64,000 nucleotides of DNA from Eubacteriales bacterium. Its GTDB lineage: Bacteria > Bacillota > Clostridia > Oscillospirales > SIG627. Under the pieces are notes generated by a model. The model was not told the origin of the DNA. It saw only the letters and a list, made by a program, of their open reading frames with translations, and made no database searches. Below, one piece after another: positions 56,927 to 64,000 of this stretch (within the stretch, counting starts at the first letter, position 1; each line of letters starts with the position of its first letter). Position numbers and translations under genes: made by a program. The DNA lies in the NCBI GenBank assembly GCA_045653035.1, contig JAZOLO010000009.1:3277-67276 (forward strand). The letters are read 5' to 3'.

Positions 56927-57667
56927 ATGAACAAACTTGAAAAAATGAAAAGTGAAAGAGTAAACGAAGTGGAAAAGGTAGAATCCCTTGACACCGAGGG
57001 GACGGAAGAGGTAAAGGAAGAAAAGAAATTTTTCTCACTCTTTACCTTCTGGAAAAAGCTCAAAAAAGCAGAAAATGAAGAGGACGGAATAGTAGAGATT
57101 GTAGAAAAAGAAGAAAAGCGAGGCTTCTTAAAATATTTCAATGCTCGCACAGCAGTTCTTTGTGCATCACTCCTCATTATTGCCGTAGCAGGATATCTTA
57201 ACGTGCATTTTGCCACACTTCCAACAGACCTTGAGAAAATCGATGAAAATGGCATTTCTATGGATGCACTCAGCCCTGAAAACACAGGGGAAGTAAACGC
57301 CCTTACCGAAACAGAGGATTATTTCGCACTTTCTGTAATAAACCGCGAAAGAGTGAGAGACGAGGCCTTTGAAATGCTTCAGGACCTCACCACTTCAGAT
57401 GCGGTAGATGCAGTTGCAAAGGCAGATGCATACAGTGAAATGACAAGAATGGCAAATGAGATTACAAGCGAAGCAAATATTGAAAGCCTTGTTAAGGCAA
57501 AGGGCTTCAATAACTGCGTTGCCGTTGTAAGCGGTGAGGACGTAAACGTTGTGGTTGAAAGCAGTGGTCTAACTATAAATCAGGTAGCACAAATCAAAGA
57601 GATAGTATATCTTGAATGCGGAGTCCACCCCGACAATATCAAAATAATTGAAAAAGCAGGCGTTTAA
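56927..57667 (+). CDS. spoIIIAH: Stage III sporulation protein AH
   Basis: IAVAGYLN, DYF....NRE..R, E.NIESLVKAKGF...V.V; GGAGG RBS. Confidence 0.9.
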   Translation: MNKLEKMKSERVNEVEKVESLDTEGTEEVKEEKKFFSLFTFWKKLKKAENEEDGIVEIVEKEEKRGFLKYFNARTAVLCASLLIIAVAGYLNVHFATLPTDLEKIDENGISMDALSPENTGEVNALTETEDYFALSVINRERVRDEAFEMLQDLTTSDAVDAVAKADAYSEMTRMANEITSEANIESLVKAKGFNNCVAVVSGEDVNVVVESSGLTINQVAQIKEIVYLECGVHPDNIKIIEKAGV

Positions 57668-57670
57668 GCC

Positions 57671-57699
57671 TTGACAAAATATTAAAAAACAGTTAAAAT
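57671..57699 (+). promoter_or_regulatory. SigA promoter of tRNA-Arg
   Basis: TTGACA-N17-TAAAAT. Confidence 0.8.
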
Positions 57700-57719
57700 A
57701 TTAAGCGTTAATAACGCTT

Positions 57720-57794
57720 GCCTGTATAGTTAAATGGATATAACAAGCCCCTCCTAAGGGCTAGTTGTGGGTTCGATTCCCGCTGCGGGTACCA
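57720..57794 (+). tRNA. tRNA-Arg (CCT)
   Basis: Acceptor GCCTGTA/TGCGGGT (3 GU pairs), anticodon arm AGCCC-CT-CCT-AA-GGGCT, GGTTCGATTCC T-arm, encoded CCA. Confidence 0.93.
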
Positions 57795-57832
57795 ACCAAA
57801 AGCACAGATGCAAAGCATCTGTGCTTTTGGTT
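57794..57832 (+). terminator. Terminator after tRNA-Arg
   Basis: AACCAAAAGCACAGATGC-aaa-GCATCTGTGCTTTTGGTT. Confidence 0.85.
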
Positions 57833-57911
57833 GTATAAGATTGATAGAACGGGAATCGAACCTGAGAGGGAGACTGTTATTAAGAAAACAGTCAGAAAGA
57901 GAGGTGGCTTA

Positions 57912-58526
57912 TCACCTCTCTTTCATTTTTTCATCACCTATTGTAGTTTTTTCTCCGTGTCCCGGATAAACAGTAAGGCATTCGTTTAAGAAAAATAGTC
58001 TTTCAAGAGACAGGAAAAGGTCGCTCATATTACCTCCGTAAAGGTCGCATCTTCCGTATCCTCCACGGAAAAGAGTATCACCGCTGAACAATGCATTTTC
58101 GCCAACAAGAACACAGGAGCCTTTAGTGTGTCCCGGAGTGTGCATTACGCGAAGCTTTTCTTTGCCGAATTCTATTATACTTCCGTCTTTTAAAAGAATG
58201 TCGGCAGAGGTAATTATAACATCATCGAAAGTCAGATATTTTGATGCGTTTTTTTCAGGAGACACGAGAAGCTCTGCATCTGCCTCATGGATACATAACG
58301 GAACGTTATAAAGCTTACGAAGAAGGTCTGCCGCACCGATATGATCAAAGTGTCCGTGAGTCAAAACAACCGAAACGGGGGAAAGCTTCCTTTCGGAAAT
58401 TATATTTGTTATTCTTGACGGTGAAGAAGCAGGGTCAACAATTATGCATTTTTTACCGTCTTTTTCAGATACTATATAACAGTTAGTGTCGAATGGTGGA
58501 AGTACCAGAGTTATTACGCTTAACAT
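57912..58526 (-). CDS. MBL-fold metallo-hydrolase (glyoxalase II-like)
   Basis: TNCYIV, LTHGHFDHIG, HTPGHT.GS, FSGDTLF, YPGHG. Confidence 0.92.
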   Translation of the reverse strand: MLSVITLVLPPFDTNCYIVSEKDGKKCIIVDPASSPSRITNIISERKLSPVSVVLTHGHFDHIGAADLLRKLYNVPLCIHEADAELLVSPEKNASKYLTFDDVIITSADILLKDGSIIEFGKEKLRVMHTPGHTKGSCVLVGENALFSGDTLFRGGYGRCDLYGGNMSDLFLSLERLFFLNECLTVYPGHGEKTTIGDEKMKER

Positions 58527-58660
58527 ATTTTCACCTCAAAAAAATTATAACATATTGTGATTTTTTTGTCAAACAGTTAAAATATAACTCTTCAATATTG
58601 ACATATTTTGAAAAAAGGTGTACCATAATAAAAATAGTTTTAGTGTTATTTGGAGGAGTC

Positions 58661-59731
58661 ATGGCAGAAAAAGTTTTTAAACGTATAGGTATTCTTACAT
58701 CGGGTGGTGATGCTCCTGGTATGAATCCATGCTACAGAGCGATAACAAGAGCAATTCTGGCAAACGGTACCGAGGCTATGGGTATCAGACGCGGTTATAA
58801 GGGACTTATAGATAACGATATGAAGCTCTTAAACGATAGAGATGTATCGAATATTATAAATATCGGAGGCACGGCTCTGTATTCTGACCGTTGTCTTGAG
58901 TTCAAGACAGAAGAGGGTATGCAAAGGGCTGTGAAGACTTGTATTGATAACAAGATTGACGGTATCGTTGTTATCGGAGGCGATGGAACGTTTAGAGGTG
59001 CACGTGACCTTACAGCAAGAGGAATTCCTTGTATAGGCGTTCCGGGCACTATAGATAACGACATTGCAAGTACAGATTATACTATTGGTTTTGACACTGC
59101 TCTAAATACTGTAGTACAGATGGTAGACAGACTCAGAGACACCTGCGAGTCTCATGCACGTTGCGACGTTGTTGAGGTAATGGGCAACGGCTCGGGATAT
59201 CTTGCACTTTATGCAGGTATTGCAGTTGGTGCTACTGCAGTAATTACGAAGGAAATAGCCTTCGACGAAGATGCTCTTGTAAATAAGATGCTCGAGTCAA
59301 AGCTTAACCAAAAACGTAACTTTATTATTGTTGTTTCTGAAAACATGGGCAAGAATTTCTCTGAAAGTCTTGCGGAAATCATACAACAAAGAACGGGAAT
59401 TGAGACTAAGCACGCAAGACTTTCTCACGTACAGAGAGGTGGATCTCCTACACACAAAGACCGTATGATTGCAGCACTTATGGCATTCAAGGCGGTAGAG
59501 CTTATTTACGAAGGAAAATCAAACCTTGTTATTTGTGAACGTGACGGTCAAATTGATTCACTTGACATCAACTTCGCTCTTGATTTTGATAAGTTCTATA
59601 AAGGTAAGTTCACCGAAGAGGAAATAGCAAAGCTTGACCCGAAAGACAGAATTAAGATGGAAGAAATGGCAAAGAGGAAGAGAGAGCATTTCCTCGAAGT
59701 ATACCATATAAATGATATAATATCCAACTAA
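58661..59731 (+). CDS. pfkA: ATP-dependent 6-phosphofructokinase
   Basis: ILTSGGDAPGMN, IGGDGTFRGA, PGTIDND, IGFDTA, HVQRGGSP; GGAGG RBS before ATG 58661. Confidence 0.9.
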   Translation: MAEKVFKRIGILTSGGDAPGMNPCYRAITRAILANGTEAMGIRRGYKGLIDNDMKLLNDRDVSNIINIGGTALYSDRCLEFKTEEGMQRAVKTCIDNKIDGIVVIGGDGTFRGARDLTARGIPCIGVPGTIDNDIASTDYTIGFDTALNTVVQMVDRLRDTCESHARCDVVEVMGNGSGYLALYAGIAVGATAVITKEIAFDEDALVNKMLESKLNQKRNFIIVVSENMGKNFSESLAEIIQQRTGIETKHARLSHVQRGGSPTHKDRMIAALMAFKAVELIYEGKSNLVICERDGQIDSLDINFALDFDKFYKGKFTEEEIAKLDPKDRIKMEEMAKRKREHFLEVYHINDIISN

Positions 59732-59735
59732 AATA

Positions 59736-59758
59736 AAAGGGGCTGAAAAGCCCCTTTT
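59736..59758. terminator. Bidirectional terminator
   Basis: AAAAGGGGCT-gaaa-AGCCCCTTTT. Confidence 0.8.
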
Positions 59759-60275
59759 ATTTTAAGAATTTTAACTTTTTTCTATAGATATGAACGTATA
59801 ACCATATAAGCTTTGTTATAAGAACATCATAGAGAAAGAATGTGAAATTTGAAATAATAACAAGAATAATGACGGTAAACGTAGAAATTTTTTCTATCAT
59901 AAAAAGCTTTAACGTAAGAAGTACAATAATAGAGAGAACAGCGTTGAAAACCAAAAACTTAAAAATCGTTCCAAATGGCTCTTTTATTTTTTCTATGTGA
60001 GGCTTAATAAATGAGTACCAGCCACAGAAAGCAATGTATAGCACAGCTGCAATTTTTGACGGTATCATAATAAGGCAAAGTACAGTAGAGGAAGTGTATA
60101 CCGCAACTGCAAAAGAAGTGCCGAATTCAACAAGAATAAAAGTTACGATAAGTCCGCAAATTGCAGATGCCGTGTAATCAAACACGTCGATAATTCCCGC
60201 TATAAAAAGCAGTATAACTATAAGTGCAATTGCTATACCCGAAAAGGCCGTGGCAGTTGTTTTTCTTTTTCTCAT
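59757..60275 (-). CDS. Hypothetical membrane protein
   Basis: 172 aa with several TM segments; last gene of a closely packed operon. Confidence 0.75.
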   Translation of the reverse strand: MRKRKTTATAFSGIAIALIVILLFIAGIIDVFDYTASAICGLIVTFILVEFGTSFAVAVYTSSTVLCLIMIPSKIAAVLYIAFCGWYSFIKPHIEKIKEPFGTIFKFLVFNAVLSIIVLLTLKLFMIEKISTFTVIILVIISNFTFFLYDVLITKLIWLYVHIYRKKLKFLK

Positions 60276-60276
60276 A

Positions 60277-60873
60277 TTAACAACACCTTATAAGGTCGCC
60301 GCCCATACATTCACAGCAGCAATCCGCACAGATAAGTCCTGTACACATATCACAGGATGAGCATTCTCCGCCTGTACGTGTGGTGTTGAATCCGCCATAT
60401 ACGTTCTGTGCATTTTGAAGCTGACTGAAAACTGTTTGATATTCTGTGTTTGATGGATCCATCATACAAGCTCGCTGAAGATAGGAATAAGCTTGAGTAT
60501 AGTACTGCCTTTTCATGGCTATACATCCCTTAAGATAGTTCCATTCAGCGTTTCGAGAAGCTTGAGGAGCTGTGTTCAGAATATTGTCTGCCTCGAAATA
60601 TTTGCCGTTCATAATGTACTGACGCACCTGTGAAAAGCTTGTAGATGAAGTGTTTGACGAAGAGTACCTGCCACTGTATCCGCTTTTTCTGTCGTTTACT
60701 ATTTTGTCGTATGCTTCGTTAACCTCCTTCATTTTTTCGTCTGCAAGGTCTTTGAGCGGATTGTTTACGTAATTATCGGGATGGTATTTTTTTGCAAGCT
60801 CTCTATACGCTTTCTTTATTTCATCGTCGCTGGCTTTTGGGTCGACTCCAAGCACCTTGTATGGATCAGTCAT
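60277..60873 (-). CDS. J-domain protein with TPR-like middle and Cys-rich tail
   Basis: DPY.VLGV...[20 protein letters not shown]; C-terminal [25 protein letters not shown]. Confidence 0.9.
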   Translation of the reverse strand: MTDPYKVLGVDPKASDDEIKKAYRELAKKYHPDNYVNNPLKDLADEKMKEVNEAYDKIVNDRKSGYSGRYSSSNTSSTSFSQVRQYIMNGKYFEADNILNTAPQASRNAEWNYLKGCIAMKRQYYTQAYSYLQRACMMDPSNTEYQTVFSQLQNAQNVYGGFNTTRTGGECSSCDMCTGLICADCCCECMGGDLIRCC

Positions 60874-61741
60874 TTTTATCTCCGTTCTTTGTCATTATTT
60901 TGTAGCTTTCTTTTGAAAGCCCCATAGTAAGTATGTTTTCAATTATTGCGGAATATGGCGACTTATTGATAAGATTAAAGGTGGTAACCAAATTTTTTGT
61001 ATGCATTGCAAGAGATGCATCAATAGCATTTATATTTTCTTTTACTTCTTTTGAACTGCCAAAATGCTGTATCAGGGGATTAAAAGTACCACCCTTTTCG
61101 TCTCTTTCAAGGTCGTCAATGGCATCTATAGTATAAATATATGTTCCCAGTGCTTTTCCTATAGCTTCTCCTATCAAAGCCTTATTGCCCTTTAGCCCAA
61201 ATGAAAGTATATCTGACATAACGCTTCCAAAAATTTGTGAAAGGTAATCAATATCACCGCAGTTATCTTTTTCCGCTTGTGATAATTCATCAAGGCGTTT
61301 TTTTATTTTTTTTAATAATTCAGTGTACTCAGGAGATTTCTTTTCAAGCTTTTTAATTTTAGCGTTGAAGTATAAATACAGAGGAAAAAGCACTGCTTTT
61401 TTAAAAAGGTGAGTATCACTGTCCGAAAGGTCGTCTTTAATGTTGAGTGTTGTCAGTATAAGAGCCGAATTTGCCGTAAATAAAGCACTTTCTTTGGGGA
61501 TACTGTAAGCTACCTTTTTGAAAGGATTATAGTTACATCTTCCCTTTATCATGACCTGCTTTTCTTCTGTAATTGCTTCTCTCATCATTGTGAGAAAAAC
61601 GAAATCGTAGCTGAGCTTCAAGGGAAGAATAATGGAAACATTTTTTCTTATTGTAGTACATAGTCCGCAATACACGGCTTTGTATAAAGTGAGGTCTTTT
61701 ACAAGTAAATTGTCACGGTCAGGCTTAATGTATCCAAACAT
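60866..61741 (-). CDS. DUF5685-like conserved protein
   Basis: MFGYIKP....L.VKD...[30 protein letters not shown]. Confidence 0.75.
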   Translation of the reverse strand: MFGYIKPDRDNLLVKDLTLYKAVYCGLCTTIRKNVSIILPLKLSYDFVFLTMMREAITEEKQVMIKGRCNYNPFKKVAYSIPKESALFTANSALILTTLNIKDDLSDSDTHLFKKAVLFPLYLYFNAKIKKLEKKSPEYTELLKKIKKRLDELSQAEKDNCGDIDYLSQIFGSVMSDILSFGLKGNKALIGEAIGKALGTYIYTIDAIDDLERDEKGGTFNPLIQHFGSSKEVKENINAIDASLAMHTKNLVTTFNLINKSPYSAIIENILTMGLSKESYKIMTKNGDKND

Positions 61742-61745
61742 AGTA

Positions 61746-62951
61746 TTATCCTAAAAGAGCATAGAATTTATCTATTTCATTTCTGTTTGAGAAGTCTCTC
61801 GAGGAAAGCTCCTTAACGTAATCTTCTCTAAGCTTTTTGTTTGAAATGAGTTCTTTTAGTCCGCCGTATATTCCGTCAACAGAAATATCGCAAACAGTAC
61901 CAAGCTTACCGCCTTCAAGCTGTTCTTCGGCAGAAAGATAACATGATGCAAGAATGGGTTTTTTCATTATTTTTGCTTCCTCAACTGCAATGGGCTTTCC
62001 TTCGTAGCGAGAGGGCTGAGCATAAATATCACACTCGGCAAGATAGGTGTAAGGATTTGGTGTTGTACCAAGGAAAACAAACCTGTTTTCCAATGAGTTT
62101 TCTTTTACAAGTCCCTTGATATAGTCGGCATAATCATCGTCAGCACCGCCCACAACGTACCATTTTACGTTGAATCCTTCATCAATAAGCTTTTTAAGTG
62201 CAGGAATTGCAAGATCATATCCCTTCTGGTCTGCGATTCTTCCAACTGTTAGAATTCTTGTGCCATCGAAATTATCCTCAAAGCCCTTGCCCTCACGTGA
62301 CATTTTTTCAATAAGCACGGGATTGTTTATATTTTCAATTACCGCACATTTGTCAGAAAGGGAGGGGAGCTCTCTTTTGAGTGCTTCGTCCACGACAGTA
62401 GATACGTTTACTATCTTGTCGCACTTTTCAAAATAGGGCAGATAGATATCATTATCACGCTTGGGGAACGAATAGTCAAAGTGAAGCCATGTTATTTTCT
62501 TTTTAGCCTTTACCTTATCAACCATATAGAACATGGTGCGGTCGCCCCAATAAGCTACTGCAATATCGTATTCCTTTTCTACTATAGGCATTTTATTCAT
62601 GAGGTGAAGCCACATTTTGGTTGCAATTCTCACTCTCTTTTTCTTGAACAAAATAAGTCCCGTAAAATAGGGGAGAATGTCAAAGGCATAAAGAGGATTT
62701 TTCTTTATGTAGGTGTTGAAAATCAGACTGAAGGCGTTTTTGGAACTGAGCTTGAACACTTCACCAAAATGCCCCATATCCATAACGTTTATCCCGTTAG
62801 GGAGAGATGACATGAAAAGTCCTTCTTTTTTTGCAAGGAGAAGGTCTACCTCGAATTTATCAAGGTCAAGGGTGTTTATGAAGGAGAGAAAGGATTTTTC
62901 ACTTCCCGCACAGTTCATCGTGATACCTATAAACAGAATTTTCTTTTTCAT
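61746..62951 (-). CDS. GT4-family glycosyltransferase
   Basis: ILTVGRI..QKGYD, NPY.Y...CDIYAQPSRYEGKPIAVEEA; GGAG RBS before ATG 62951. Confidence 0.9.
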   Translation of the reverse strand: MKKKILFIGITMNCAGSEKSFLSFINTLDLDKFEVDLLLAKKEGLFMSSLPNGINVMDMGHFGEVFKLSSKNAFSLIFNTYIKKNPLYAFDILPYFTGLILFKKKRVRIATKMWLHLMNKMPIVEKEYDIAVAYWGDRTMFYMVDKVKAKKKITWLHFDYSFPKRDNDIYLPYFEKCDKIVNVSTVVDEALKRELPSLSDKCAVIENINNPVLIEKMSREGKGFEDNFDGTRILTVGRIADQKGYDLAIPALKKLIDEGFNVKWYVVGGADDDYADYIKGLVKENSLENRFVFLGTTPNPYTYLAECDIYAQPSRYEGKPIAVEEAKIMKKPILASCYLSAEEQLEGGKLGTVCDISVDGIYGGLKELISNKKLREDYVKELSSRDFSNRNEIDKFYALLG

Positions 62952-64000
62952 TTTAACTCCTCTTTTGTATACGGCTTCCTTTTGATAAAATATCCGCCTT
63001 CTTCGGGGTGTGACATACATCTTGCGTAAATACTGTCAGCAAACATTTCTTTTTCTATAGAAGAAAAAGAATATTTTTTATAATCCCCACCTCTCGACAT
63101 AATAACAGGACCGTCATTGTGTCTTGTACGTGATACTATTTTACGTCCACTGTGATTCATAGCAAGAAGTGTCATATATTCAGGTACTTTGTGCATAAAG
63201 ACGTCATATTCAATATCGAAAAGAACGTTTGTAAGCGTTCTTTCAATTTTTGTTTCAGGGTGCTTTCTTCTTGAAAGAGATGCACGGAATTCTCCGTATT
63301 CAGTATATTTTTCAGCACTCTTTTTTATAATACTTGCAAGCTCGAAATTTCCTGTGTATTTTGTTAAATTCTCAGGGGTTTTTGAAATAATAACCGAATA
63401 TAAAAAATTCTCGTATTTTTTATAATCAAAAGAATTTGATTTTTGAAGCACATTTTTTGCCTCCTCGGGAATATGTGAAAGAAAGTCTCCACCGCCTTTG
63501 AATATTTTTCTTATTGACGTGGCAGAGAGAAACTCTCCATTTTCTGACTCATCGTGGTAGCAGTTACCGACACGCTTTATTGGCAGCGGATTTATTTCAG
63601 GGGCATATTTCTTTATAGCCTTAAGGTATTCTACCGCGAGAATATTGTTTGGTGTTTTTATAAAGCTTGCGGCTTTTTCTCCGAGAAGTGTAAAGACGGC
63701 TTTTTCACGAAGTGTGGCATACGAGAGGGAAGGGCACTTTTCGGTTTCCTTTTTCATTATGCTTTCAAAGTTTTCACTGATAAGAGCTTCGGCAATCTCT
63801 TTTAAAAGCAGAATATCATCATCCTCTACACCGAAGGCAAGGGCTTTAGCACCAAGTCTTTTTGCAAGGTGTATACCGCATTCTGCAAATCCTTCGGCAG
63901 AAAGCAGGGCGTGAACGAGAGGCATTGATACTGCAAGGTCAGCACCTTCTGCTACTGCACATTGTCCTCTTGTATACTTATCGAAAAGGGCAGGCTCACC
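62948..64000 (-). CDS. tmcAL: tRNA(Met) cytidine acetate ligase TmcAL (3' part; starts beyond the window)
   Basis: Frame open to the window edge: GEPALFDKYTR..AVAEGADLAVSMP, SAEGFA, PNNILAVEYLKA, LSATSIR. Confidence 0.85.
   Translation of the reverse strand, partial: GEPALFDKYTRGQCAVAEGADLAVSMPLVHALLSAEGFAECGIHLAKRLGAKALAFGVEDDDILLLKEIAEALISENFESIMKKETEKCPSLSYATLREKAVFTLLGEKAASFIKTPNNILAVEYLKAIKKYAPEINPLPIKRVGNCYHDESENGEFLSATSIRKIFKGGGDFLSHIPEEAKNVLQKSNSFDYKKYENFLYSVIISKTPENLTKYTGNFELASIIKKSAEKYTEYGEFRASLSRRKHPETKIERTLTNVLFDIEYDVFMHKVPEYMTLLAMNHSGRKIVSRTRHNDGPVIMSRGGDYKKYSFSSIEKEMFADSIYARCMSHPEEGGYFIKRKPYTKEELK

Noticed and set aside
59757-61741. J-domain/DUF5685/membrane trio as a novel system
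   Set aside because: Recalled as a common clostridial gene cluster; nothing unusual is visible here beyond the Cys-rich tail.
1-64000. 5' half of sigG within the window
   Set aside because: No listed ORF or intergenic gap encodes a SigG N-terminus; the only NLRLV region 2.1 belongs to sigE.

Overview
AT-rich chromosomal segment of a spore-forming Clostridia-class Firmicute. It is mostly housekeeping genes (ftsEX, rsmE, prmA, pgi, GSIII, acpP, yajC, kdgK-eda, rlmD, nrdR, dinB, pfkA, tmcAL, tRNA-Ser, tRNA-Arg) and sporulation genes (spoIIGA-sigE-ylmC, spoIVA, spoIIIAA-AH, a spoVAF/gerA-like gene, cotF-like genes, a SpoIID/LytB-domain gene). Four things stand out. (1) A 3.4-kb phage-derived cassette at 5.5-8.9 kb holds intact terminase small and large subunits behind a helically phased late-type promoter, a large serine recombinase, and a tiny divergent ORF with a forespore-type promoter, but no portal, capsid or tail genes. 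(2) An orphan 3' half of sigG at 25.8 kb has no RBS and starts inside region 2, while sigG is missing from its usual place after sigE even though SigG-type promoters are present; it may be a recombinase-reconstituted split gene or a pseudogene. (3) Two ~1,500-aa SLH-anchored paralogues share an unrecognised glycoside-hydrolase-like module. (4) Two multi-hairpin palindromic repeats are present. No CRISPR array, rRNA or IS transposase was seen. All calls come from reading the sequence and recalled family motifs; no searches were run.
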